A stretch of DNA of 64,000 bases from IMG/VR virus record IMGVR_UViG_3300032297_000199, positions 18,345 to 82,344 of that record, one strand, 5' to 3'. The first letter of the stretch is position 1, and the number at the start of each line of letters is the position of its first letter. This DNA is from a virus. The notes below the pieces were generated by a model, which saw only the letters and a program-made list of their open reading frames with translations, did no database searches and was not told where the DNA came from. Both the position numbers and the translations under genes were made by a program. Below are positions 17,673-26,757 of this stretch, in pieces.

Positions 17673-19652
17673 TTATTTTTTCAATCGTCCGTCTTTCTCT
17701 GCACTCTGTAACATGTCAATACGATCACGGTATCCTGCAATTCCGGGTTTAATATCTTTGGCAGCTTTCTTTTCACCTGCTGTTGGATTTTTAACATGCT
17801 TCATTGTAGTTTTGGATTGATGACTTTCTTCACTCATTCCTAGTTCTTTCTTTTTACGAGCTAGGCCTGCAGAGCTAGTTGGGCTCTTTGTTTTCTCGTC
17901 ATCGAGATCTTTAGTAGACATTTTCCAGTCGCCGCCTTTTTCCTTACGCTTGAATGCAGGAATTTGACTCTTGTCTGGACCGCTTTCTTTTAGCCCGGCA
18001 AGTTTTAAAATACTTTCAAATGCTTGTTGAGTTTGACTTTGTTGTGTCAAATGTGATACTAATCGCTCTGCTAATGCACCAGCTTTGTCTCCAAATTGTT
18101 TCTTGATATGTGTAACTACACCTGTCTCACCTTTTGGAAACTTGCCAGTAGTTGAATCATAAAAACTCTTAACAACTTCAGCAATCTCTTTAGAACTAAC
18201 GCCTGGCTCTCGACGAGGCTCTTCGTTTTCCATATCCATTTGTTGAGCTGGTTCACCTGCAGGGGCTGCTGGAGCAGGAGCCGCTGGTGCAGCCGCTGCT
18301 GGAGGAGCTTCTGGAGCTGGCGCAGAACCTGCTCCGATTTCTTGCGCTGCCTGCGGGTCATTCTTTTCTAACCAAGCAAGGATAGTTTCAGTTGGTTCAG
18401 CATCTGGATTTACTTTTGATAATTCTCGTAAAGCATTTGCTAAATCTTTATCAGTAATACCTATATCAGCTAGTGCTGAAATAGCACTAGTACCATCGAT
18501 GCCTAATGTCAAACCGTCGTCTAATAACTGTTTTAAATCTGCAGGTTCAAATGTACCTTCGGCAATATGGTCAGCCCATGATTCAAACGCATCAAAAGCT
18601 TCAGCAGTGTGATCATCGCATGTGCAAGGATCTTCTTTGCACTCGGGGCAAATATCGCTACCTTCTGCAACTAAATCTTCTAGGTCTACTTCTCCACCTT
18701 CTTGCATGATAGAATATAATAGAGGAAAAATACCAGTCAAATCTTCTTCAAATTGTTTGATTGTAAATCTATCTTTATAATCTGCAATTGTAACTTCGTC
18801 TAATGCAATATCACCTACAGGTTTAAAATTTTCAACCCATTGCTGATAATAACCTTGCTTGCTTAGGTTTGTACATTCAACTCTTAATTGTTCTAATTTT
18901 TGTAAACTTTTTTCAACAATATCTTTTGTGCTTTCATTTACAAATCCTGCTCTAGCAATATGTCGTCTAAAGCTAGCTAATTGTAAAATGTTCTCGCTCA
19001 TGTTAACAATAGCACTACCGATATCATCGTACGGACGACCACCGTTTGCTACATGTCGTTGCATTGCCTTTGCACCAGCTAAATGGCTAACTGGATACTT
19101 GAATCTTTCTCCGTCACTGTTTTCGATAAACATAGCGTCAATGTGGCGGCTTCTTGCACCTGGCGATTCGTTAACCGCCTTCGAATGACGGATAATTAAT
19201 TTTGTATTTTCTAAAGTACGATAACTTGTTTTGCTGCTACCGAAGTATTGTGATTCGTTCATATTATTTTCCTTGGTTCCATTAGTGGCGAGGTATTGGA
19301 AATCGTTCTTGTTTAAATTTCCCTTCATAATGTCTCTTGTATCAAATCGCATCATTCTGCGTTTGGCAAAGAAACGCATTTCCTTTAGGAAATCGTACCA
19401 CATGCCTTTAGTGATAGAGTCACTATCTTCGGTAATTCCTTGACCGTAGTAAACTTTGAGTGTACCTACATCGTTGATGCTGATACTTACTCTGCCCAGA
19501 TTGTTACCTTCTATGGCAAAGTCAAAGTCAAAAAATCTTGCGTCTTTAGGACTGTTCGTGACATTCCCGTCCTGATCACCCATTTCTAAATTAGTAAAAC
19601 GGCTGCGAACTTTGTCAAATACATCCTGAGCTATAATTTCAATGATATTCAT
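17673..19652 (-). CDS. Large hypothetical protein, probable head/internal virion protein
   Basis: TATAAATA-N5-ATG; follows terminase; acidic middle, Pro/Ala linker and basic C-terminal modules. Confidence 0.65.
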   Translation of the reverse strand: MNIIEIIAQDVFDKVRSRFTNLEMGDQDGNVTNSPKDARFFDFDFAIEGNNLGRVSISINDVGTLKVYYGQGITEDSDSITKGMWYDFLKEMRFFAKRRMMRFDTRDIMKGNLNKNDFQYLATNGTKENNMNESQYFGSSKTSYRTLENTKLIIRHSKAVNESPGARSRHIDAMFIENSDGERFKYPVSHLAGAKAMQRHVANGGRPYDDIGSAIVNMSENILQLASFRRHIARAGFVNESTKDIVEKSLQKLEQLRVECTNLSKQGYYQQWVENFKPVGDIALDEVTIADYKDRFTIKQFEEDLTGIFPLLYSIMQEGGEVDLEDLVAEGSDICPECKEDPCTCDDHTAEAFDAFESWADHIAEGTFEPADLKQLLDDGLTLGIDGTSAISALADIGITDKDLANALRELSKVNPDAEPTETILAWLEKNDPQAAQEIGAGSAPAPEAPPAAAAPAAPAPAAPAGEPAQQMDMENEEPRREPGVSSKEIAEVVKSFYDSTTGKFPKGETGVVTHIKKQFGDKAGALAERLVSHLTQQSQTQQAFESILKLAGLKESGPDKSQIPAFKRKEKGGDWKMSTKDLDDEKTKSPTSSAGLARKKKELGMSEESHQSKTTMKHVKNPTAGEKKAAKDIKPGIAGYRDRIDMLQSAEKDGRLKK

Positions 19653-19660
19653 ATGCGTAT

Positions 19661-21256
19661 TTATATGAAGTTGTTTATAAAGATTGGCATGGGCATGTCA
19701 GCTTCGTCAATTTGGCCACGATCTTCTACCATTTGTTCGTAGATACTTTCGTCCCAATCTCCTAACATTCCGAACATTCTAACGGCTAAAAGTAGGCTAG
19801 CAACCAAATCGTCGTGCTCTAAGCTCTTTGCCTTAAATGTAATGCCGTGTGCAATATAAGTTTTAAGCTCAGAAATTAGACTAGCACTATGAATTTTTAG
19901 GCGTTTTTGTTCAATAAGCTGTTTAACTTTGGCACAGGCTGCAATCTTACTAATGTTAGTAGTATTGAATCCCCTGCGGAATCGTCGTACATGCCCTTTC
20001 TTAATAGGCTCGCTTAGAAACAATCCAGGAATTGTCTCCTCACCCATTTCATTAATAGCAACTAGAGCTGCTTCTCCTACTGTATTGTTTTCTACACTAT
20101 AATAAATTTGAGACATTACATCTTCGCTGTCTAATTGAGATTGTAGATACTTACAGATTTCTCTTAATATTCTAACCTGGCTTTGAATAGGTGTTGTATT
20201 ATGATGCCACTCACCTACTTGTTCAAATGTAGGTAACTCAAGAATTTGCATGGCTGCAAAATCTCCACCTGTACCTAGGCTAGGATCTAGCGCAACAATA
20301 TAGATATTCTTAGGGTCAATTTTCTTATACCAACGAACTTGCCCCATTTTCATAATAGGATTAGATGCTTCGAGACCTGCCAGCGTAACAGAGTTAATTA
20401 GCGTTTCATCAAAGATTAAGAATTCGCAATCGTGTTCTCGTTTAAATCGTTCTTCGCCAATACGGCTTCTTTCTTCGTTGGCCCATTCTTCGTCACGGTC
20501 TGGATGTTCGTTCCAGTATGCTCTAAAAGGAAAGAAACCGTTACGACCTAGTGGTGTTTCGTTACCGTGTTCATCTGTTCGTTTATTAGCTTCTAACCAA
20601 ATTTGTGCAAATTGATCTTCGTCGCTGTTCGGTGTTGATGTAATAATGGCCTTACCACCAGTTGCTAGTGTAGGCGAAATAGAAGTCCAGAATTCACTGG
20701 CAATGTTTGGTTCAACGAACGCAAATTCGTCTGCGTATAATAGTGATAGTGACAATCCTCGACCAGTAGTCTCAGTTGTAGTCTGTGCAATAATACGACT
20801 GCCGTTATCAAATTCAATACTTTGTTTATTGTAACTTGTGACGCCGCCTCGAATACTGTTAGGACATAATTCGTATGCGTAACGGATACGACTCATAATT
20901 TCTTGAGCACCTGTATATTTGTGCGCGGCAACTAGAATAGTCGAGTCCGGAATAAACATTGCATACCATAACAAATATCCAGCAGCAGTTGTTGTTTTAC
21001 CTGTTTGTCGAGGTAGTAAGTTTACATTAAATCTATGTTGATGATAACTGTCAATTAATCTTCGTTGATAATCAAATGGACTGTATAATAACTTGCCCTT
21101 AACTGGGTGTTGAATATAGAAAAAATGTTCAAGGAAGTAATGCGGTCCGTTGATAGGATCTGAACACTTCATAATGTGATCAATATCTTCTTCGGTCCAC
21201 TTTTGTTGTTGGTGGGCTCTTTTAATTAAATTTCCGTCGAGTGATTTGCTTACCAT
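19661..21256 (-). CDS. terL: Terminase large subunit (T4 gp17-like)
   Basis: PRQTGKT Walker A, LLYADEFAF Walker B, ITSTPN, ALDPS.G.GGD and HDDLV nuclease motifs. Confidence 0.95.
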   Translation of the reverse strand: MVSKSLDGNLIKRAHQQQKWTEEDIDHIMKCSDPINGPHYFLEHFFYIQHPVKGKLLYSPFDYQRRLIDSYHQHRFNVNLLPRQTGKTTTAAGYLLWYAMFIPDSTILVAAHKYTGAQEIMSRIRYAYELCPNSIRGGVTSYNKQSIEFDNGSRIIAQTTTETTGRGLSLSLLYADEFAFVEPNIASEFWTSISPTLATGGKAIITSTPNSDEDQFAQIWLEANKRTDEHGNETPLGRNGFFPFRAYWNEHPDRDEEWANEERSRIGEERFKREHDCEFLIFDETLINSVTLAGLEASNPIMKMGQVRWYKKIDPKNIYIVALDPSLGTGGDFAAMQILELPTFEQVGEWHHNTTPIQSQVRILREICKYLQSQLDSEDVMSQIYYSVENNTVGEAALVAINEMGEETIPGLFLSEPIKKGHVRRFRRGFNTTNISKIAACAKVKQLIEQKRLKIHSASLISELKTYIAHGITFKAKSLEHDDLVASLLLAVRMFGMLGDWDESIYEQMVEDRGQIDEADMPMPIFINNFI

Positions 21257-21270
21257 ATTTTTATTTACTG

Positions 21271-21298
21271 AAAAAAATAGGCTCCGGAGAGCCTATTT
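21271..21298 (-). terminator. Intrinsic terminator
   Basis: AAATAGGCTC-TCCG-GAGCCTATTT plus T run; TAAATA promoter motif immediately downstream. Confidence 0.85.
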
Positions 21299-21313
21299 GG
21301 ATTGACTTAGAGA

Positions 21314-22495
21314 TTAGTCATACTTATTATATTTGTCTCGAACCTTGTCTAAACTTTTGCCTTCTTTGCCTGCCTTGGCAAGTGCTTGCATACCATCTTT
21401 GCCGTATTTCATTACGCCTTTAGCGGCACGACTCATTGTTTTTTCGCCTGCTTCTTTAACAGAATATTCTTTTCCACCAACTTTAACTTTTTCGCCTTTT
21501 TGGACGCCGTCGGCTTTGGCATCACGAACTGCTTTACCAAATGCGTTGCCTTCTTTAGTTTTTGATTCGTTTACAAAAGAATTGTATTCAGAGAATAGCT
21601 TGCTAATTGCAGAAGATAGTGAGTCTTCTTCTTCAACTGGAGCTTCTACGCTTTCATTTCTTGGAATTGGGTTACTACCACTGCCGTAAGGAGTTTGATC
21701 TAAATCTTTAATCTTGTTAAACATTTGTGCAAAATCATTAGGGTTGTAATCTCTATTAGATTCTTTAGGGCTGTTAGTATATAAACGAGCACTTTCATCT
21801 GTTTTCTTTTCTTCGCCTTCGTCATCCTCTGGCTCATCATCACCACCGGCGTCAACTGCACCAGGCGCACTTCCGGCAGCACCAGGTTTAACTGGGTTAG
21901 TAGTTTTTACTTTGACTGGCATGTCTGTGCTAATCTTAACAGGCTGACCAGTGCGTAGTTTGTTCATCATATCGGCAAGTTCATCACCACCTTCTTCACC
22001 GGCGTCATCGCCAAATGTAGGACCACTGACAGGCATCTCTCCGCCCATAGCAGGAACATCATGTGCCATATCGTGCTCTGGTTCTGCAAACATCGGCTCT
22101 TTGCTTCCGCCCATTGATGGCATTGCTGGCATAGGAGCACCCATTGCTTGCATACCTGAGCTTGCTCCGCCACCGGATGCGATGTCAGCAAGGCCGCGCA
22201 TCATTGCAACAATCTCACTAGCGTTACCAGCACTCATGTTAAGACTGGCAGGCATCGATGGCATAGGAGCACCCATACCTGGCATACCACATTCTGCAAG
22301 TGTGTTGCTATATTCTCTACTTTCCATTAAACCAGATAATTGCTTTAATTGCTGCATATCTGGTTCTGGCATATTAATGTTTAATTGTTTAATACCTTCG
22401 CCTAACATAGGTACTTCAGAAATCATAGGTTTTTCAACTCTAGGATTTTTAGAATCTAATTCATTAAGGCGCTGTAATACATTGATCATGTTCAT
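21314..22495 (-). CDS. Low-complexity acidic protein, probable scaffold/internal head protein
   Basis: M/P/G/D/E-rich, many hydrophobic-x-Glu sites, basic C-terminal modules. Confidence 0.6.
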   Translation of the reverse strand: MNMINVLQRLNELDSKNPRVEKPMISEVPMLGEGIKQLNINMPEPDMQQLKQLSGLMESREYSNTLAECGMPGMGAPMPSMPASLNMSAGNASEIVAMMRGLADIASGGGASSGMQAMGAPMPAMPSMGGSKEPMFAEPEHDMAHDVPAMGGEMPVSGPTFGDDAGEEGGDELADMMNKLRTGQPVKISTDMPVKVKTTNPVKPGAAGSAPGAVDAGGDDEPEDDEGEEKKTDESARLYTNSPKESNRDYNPNDFAQMFNKIKDLDQTPYGSGSNPIPRNESVEAPVEEEDSLSSAISKLFSEYNSFVNESKTKEGNAFGKAVRDAKADGVQKGEKVKVGGKEYSVKEAGEKTMSRAAKGVMKYGKDGMQALAKAGKEGKSLDKVRDKYNKYD

Positions 22496-22497
22496 AA

Positions 22498-23088
22498 TTA
22501 TTTCCTTGGATCTTTAGCCTGTACTACAGGACTCGTTGTGTTTAGAGGAAGGGTATTTGTTGTAATGCCTTGCTCATCCCCTGGGATCTGTTCGCCACGG
22601 GCTTTTCGTTGTTCTTTCATAGTGGCATTTAATTCTTTAAGTAAACTTGAATTAAATTTGTCACCATAGTAATCTTCAAATTTTGCATTAGGAGATTCTT
22701 TGTAATCTGGGTCATCTAATAAAGCACCTGTTCTAGGCTCGCCTTGTGGCTGCTGATATTGTTCTGTTGGTTCGCCCGGAGCTCTAACTACTAATTCTTC
22801 ATTAGTAACACCAAGACCAAAACTTAGATACTCTGTTAGTTCAAACGGAGTTGTTGGATATTCTAGAGTTACTTCATAGATAGAAACATCTCTATTTTTT
22901 AATTTTGGAAAGTCTAGCGGAAAAGATTGAATAGGAGTTTTTCCAGCTTTGTTAAATCCAGCTACGCTGAAACGGTCTAGTAGGCCTCGCATACGAGACT
23001 CGTCTTCTGTGGTAAGGTCGCGGGCAACCTTCACTTTAAAGGTGTATGTTTTGGCTGATTCGGTTAGGTATTCTTTGAATGTTCTCAT
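22498..23088 (-). CDS. Putative capsid-targeted protein
   Basis: N-terminus MRTFKEYLTE resembles the T4 internal-protein capsid targeting sequence; TAAATA upstream. Confidence 0.6.
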   Translation of the reverse strand: MRTFKEYLTESAKTYTFKVKVARDLTTEDESRMRGLLDRFSVAGFNKAGKTPIQSFPLDFPKLKNRDVSIYEVTLEYPTTPFELTEYLSFGLGVTNEELVVRAPGEPTEQYQQPQGEPRTGALLDDPDYKESPNAKFEDYYGDKFNSSLLKELNATMKEQRKARGEQIPGDEQGITTNTLPLNTTSPVVQAKDPRK

Positions 23089-23104
23089 AGTGGTTCTCTA
23101 TGCT

Positions 23105-23584
23105 TTATTTATTCATATTTTTAAGTTTTTCTAGTAGACTGTTACGATCTGTTACTAGATAGCCCTCGGCCTGAATAGTTTCGCCGGTTGCATCGCCAGT
23201 TTTTTTATCAATTGCATATTTTTTAATCTGCAATTCAATCATTTTTAACTTTTTGTCAATTTTATTACTTTTTGCTTGTATAGCTGCGTTCATCATATTA
23301 GCCGCCACTTCAAACATTCTAGATCCGTACCTAGCTTCTACATTCATACCTAAATCCATTAGATCATCATAGGCTTTTTCTGCTTTGCTTGCCAGTGCAT
23401 CTAGCTCTGCATCGCTAATATCACCCAATCCTTTTACCCTAGGTAATGCCGCGCTAATTTTATCGAATTCTTCTAGTTTTTCTTGTAAGTCAATTGAGGT
23501 AGATACTTCAACAGTTGATTCTTCAATCACTGGATCTTCAGAAGATGTTGGCAGGTCAAAAAGTTCTTCAAGTTTCTTAGTCAT
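23105..23584 (-). CDS. Possible terminase small subunit (gp16-like)
   Basis: Size, coiled-coil, RMFEVA..M motif, C-terminal TDRNSLL and proximity to terL. Confidence 0.5.
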   Translation of the reverse strand: MTKKLEELFDLPTSSEDPVIEESTVEVSTSIDLQEKLEEFDKISAALPRVKGLGDISDAELDALASKAEKAYDDLMDLGMNVEARYGSRMFEVAANMMNAAIQAKSNKIDKKLKMIELQIKKYAIDKKTGDATGETIQAEGYLVTDRNSLLEKLKNMNK

Positions 23585-23592
23585 ATTTTTAC

Positions 23593-24033
23593 TTATCGTT
23601 TTTTGGATCCAGTATGGAAAATATCATCCTCGCTTACCACCCTAAATTGAAGTCCAAATCGTTTACACCAAGATTGTGCGGCTTGCCACTTGGCCATGTT
23701 TTTTATATATTGCGCCTGATTGAGTTTATTTTTACCTACAGATTCTAAGACAGCTTGATTTTTAGGTTTAATTTCTATTAGTTCTGCGTGTTTCTTTTGA
23801 TGTTTATCAATATACACAATTAAGAAATCTGGGACATATACAGTATTTTGTCCAGTTAACGGATCTCTATAAGGTATCTTTACACTTTCGCTTGCCCATT
23901 GCTCTACAGCAGGATTGTTATCACAAAACATCATAAAGGTCATTTCCCAACTTGACCTATATGTAGGTTCACCTGCTCCTACATATTTTTCTGGATTTTT
24001 TGGGCTAAATTTTCCCCTAGAGGTGTTTCTCAT
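23593..24033 (-). CDS. Head completion nuclease (T4 gp4/TnsA-like PD-(D/E)xK)
   Basis: GKF.PKNPEKY.G, YRSSWE, WASE...IPY, YVPDF, IEIKP, N.AKW.AA. Confidence 0.9.
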   Translation of the reverse strand: MRNTSRGKFSPKNPEKYVGAGEPTYRSSWEMTFMMFCDNNPAVEQWASESVKIPYRDPLTGQNTVYVPDFLIVYIDKHQKKHAELIEIKPKNQAVLESVGKNKLNQAQYIKNMAKWQAAQSWCKRFGLQFRVVSEDDIFHTGSKKR

Positions 24034-24398
24034 GCCACTATATTTCTTTTTACAAAATTAACTGGCTCTACTATTGAGACTACACCTAGGCTACTAGTTT
24101 TGAATCTATTATAGTTTAAAATTTCTGCAACAATACCACTAAGTTCTGTTTGACCAATACCTTTAATAGTTTCTAAAATTTGCATTGGATTATATCCGTC
24201 TTGTTTTGCTTGTTTTAAAATTGCTATTGAAATTATTTCAGCAGTTTCTTGACTAAAATTTCTAGACTCTAAAAATCCAGTCATCATAGTTAATACTGCC
24301 GGATCGAGTTGTGTTACAAATGACGATTGTTGATTGAAAGTTTTAAGTGTTTTATCACTCGATGAAGATGATCTATCTGATGGTATATTAGTATACAT
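24030..24398 (-). CDS. Hypothetical protein
   Basis: AGGA RBS; ATGA coupling. Confidence 0.7.
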   Translation of the reverse strand: MYTNIPSDRSSSSSDKTLKTFNQQSSFVTQLDPAVLTMMTGFLESRNFSQETAEIISIAILKQAKQDGYNPMQILETIKGIGQTELSGIVAEILNYNRFKTSSLGVVSIVEPVNFVKRNIVA

Positions 24399-24407
24399 AC
24401 AAAATCC

Positions 24408-26036
24408 TTATACAAAGTATCCGTTTGTACTTATATCATCTTGAGAGTCGTTACTTGCCCAAATGGTACTATTGTAATCTTGACCGTCTAATGTAGTATT
24501 TGCATAATTGCTAGGTAATGCCTCTTCATTACTGTTTAGTGTAGGAGCGGCAGTTTCTGAACCTTTGGCATTTTCTATTTCGTTTTGTAAACTATCAATG
24601 TTTGATCTTACAACATATAATGTATCATTTAATTTTTCAGGGTCAGTATATCCTAGAGTTTGTAGGTCAGTATATAGAGATTCTAATCCAGCATCATCAC
24701 CGATTGCCTGCGCTGCACTTATTTTTGGTGCAAATGATGCATAGATATTTTTATTTTTAGATATTTGTGCATCTAACTCTAATGCTAACTGTTGTTGATT
24801 TTGTTGTATCTCTTCCAAACTTGCAGAATCAGTCGGTAACGGACTAGGTAGGTCTGAACTAACTGACACATCCCCAGAAGCACTGGCTAAAAACTGAGGT
24901 ACTTGACTAACTTGAGGATTTGCAACTTTAGCAGATTTTGCACTAATTATTCCATTAGTAGTTGAATTAGACCCTTTGAATAAATTAAGCCCGATACCAA
25001 GACCCCCAACTCCTGCAGCAATACCGCCAAGGCCAGCTGATACTCCACCTTGTATACTGCCTGTTCTTCCAATGTTACCTACTACTCCGCCTAATATACT
25101 ATACGCTTCTGCACCTATACTAGCGCCTGAAACATTCTTACCGTTTCGAATAACATTACTAATTCCTCTTGCGCTTCTTAATAATCCTAGTGGGCTAGTA
25201 TCACCTGCACCTGCAAATATTTCTCCAATACCTGGTATAATGCCGCCAGGTCCAAATAAACTATTATTGCCACCGCCAAAAATACTCAACGGGCTAGGAC
25301 TATTATCGTAATGAAATTTTGCAAATCCGGCAGGACTGTCTGCTTTTACTTTGCCAGTTCCGTACAACACTGTTTCATAACCCACTGTCATTTTATTCTC
25401 TAACAATCTAGTTTCGCCTTGTTCCATCCTATCATGGGCCCAATCTGTAATTATCGGATTGATTAAAATAAACGAAGTAAACTGTTTTCTATTCAGTTGA
25501 TATATTTCAATACTGCTAAAAAACGGACCTGTTTGACCATTGTTTAATCCGTATGCTGTATTATCTGCTCGGCTTGTTGCTTGTTGATATTTGTTGTTTC
25601 CAAAATTAGGAGGTATGCCTCCTGTTGCATCGGCTTTGCCGTCTGCAATGTAATAGTTGTAATACACTTGCCATAAACGAGTTGTTGTATTGTTATGATC
25701 ATCGTGAAATGATACGCCAACTGGTTGATATTCTATTTTGCTTTGTACAATTGTTTTTCTATTGTATTGATTTAGAGTTTCCGTTTGCATTTTATACTTA
25801 GGAAGATCAACACCTTTAACTAATAGCCCAACTTCCGAGCCGTTCTGTTGAATAAAACTTTGTATTAGCGGATTATTATTTCTATTGATGTTGAATACAA
25901 CATAATATAAAAATCCTACTTTAGGGGCTAATCTATAAAAGTCGTTAACATACAATCGACTTGCATGTTCGTAATCTTTAAGGTTATAGGGAGAGTTAAA
26001 AACTTGTCCTATAAAGTTAGTAAATTTATTAGCCAT
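24408..26036 (-). CDS. Tube-like baseplate protein (gp48/gp54-like) with C-terminal extension
   Basis: VKGVDLPK..QYNRK..IEYQPV...FHDD tube-fold pattern; adjacent to the tail tube gene. Confidence 0.65.
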   Translation of the reverse strand: MANKFTNFIGQVFNSPYNLKDYEHASRLYVNDFYRLAPKVGFLYYVVFNINRNNNPLIQSFIQQNGSEVGLLVKGVDLPKYKMQTETLNQYNRKTIVQSKIEYQPVGVSFHDDHNNTTTRLWQVYYNYYIADGKADATGGIPPNFGNNKYQQATSRADNTAYGLNNGQTGPFFSSIEIYQLNRKQFTSFILINPIITDWAHDRMEQGETRLLENKMTVGYETVLYGTGKVKADSPAGFAKFHYDNSPSPLSIFGGGNNSLFGPGGIIPGIGEIFAGAGDTSPLGLLRSARGISNVIRNGKNVSGASIGAEAYSILGGVVGNIGRTGSIQGGVSAGLGGIAAGVGGLGIGLNLFKGSNSTTNGIISAKSAKVANPQVSQVPQFLASASGDVSVSSDLPSPLPTDSASLEEIQQNQQQLALELDAQISKNKNIYASFAPKISAAQAIGDDAGLESLYTDLQTLGYTDPEKLNDTLYVVRSNIDSLQNEIENAKGSETAAPTLNSNEEALPSNYANTTLDGQDYNSTIWASNDSQDDISTNGYFV

Positions 26037-26052
26037 GTTATTATTTAGTCGT

Positions 26053-26084
26053 AAAAAAAGGTCTGTTTTTACCAGACCTTTTTT
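26053..26084. terminator. Bidirectional-looking intrinsic terminator after tail tube
   Basis: A7-GGTCTG-N7-CAGACC-T6. Confidence 0.85.
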
Positions 26085-26098
26085 AGTTAAGTTATCAA

Positions 26099-26725
26099 TT
26101 AACCTGTAGCCATAGAACCTAATGTACGGCCAACTGCTGCTCCTAGTCCTAGCGGTGTGCCAGTAGCATCTGTCTGAATAGCGTTATCATAGGTAATTGT
26201 TAAAGCAATTTCCATTGGTGTGCTTTCTGCGTATGCTAATTCGTTATAGTTAACTTGTTGTAAATAGCAACCTGAGATTTGCCAAGTTTCTAAAACTGTT
26301 GGTTCGTAGTTGCCATTACCACCATCTAACATTTCAATGCGTGTCTGGAATTTGTAATCCATACCAGATGCTGCACTAGCTTGTTCAAAAAAGTCAAACT
26401 GTTTCTGTAACTGCTCGCCAACTCTCTTGGTCACTTCGCCGCCTACATCATCACGCAAAGTAAGAGTCATGTCTTGCCATGTGTGCTTACCGGCATACTT
26501 GATTGAACTGTTGTATACATGGATAGTTTGATTTTCAAACTGAACCTGTGGTCTAGCAGCACTTACTACCTGCTTAGTTAACTCTGTAGTTGGCTTAGAG
26601 ATGCCAAAGTTTTCTAGTTGTACTCTGAAACGGTACTTTAGTTTGGGCATCAGCAAGCCTTGTACGCTTGCTGACTGGCCTGCACCTAATGGTACTGTAA
26701 ATCTGCTTAAACTTGAGATTGCCAT
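26099..26725 (-). CDS. Tail tube protein (gp19-like)
   Basis: YRFRV, YAGKHTW..MTLTLRDD, I.LTITYD; follows the sheath; AGGAG RBS. Confidence 0.88.
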   Translation of the reverse strand: MAISSLSRFTVPLGAGQSASVQGLLMPKLKYRFRVQLENFGISKPTTELTKQVVSAARPQVQFENQTIHVYNSSIKYAGKHTWQDMTLTLRDDVGGEVTKRVGEQLQKQFDFFEQASAASGMDYKFQTRIEMLDGGNGNYEPTVLETWQISGCYLQQVNYNELAYAESTPMEIALTITYDNAIQTDATGTPLGLGAAVGRTLGSMATG

Positions 26726-26757
26726 ATTATTTGCTCCTGTCTTTCTATATTTACCAA

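Noticed and set aside
21333-22517. Plus-strand ORFs of 118 and 188 aa
   Set aside because: Antisense shadows of the low-complexity minus-strand gene.
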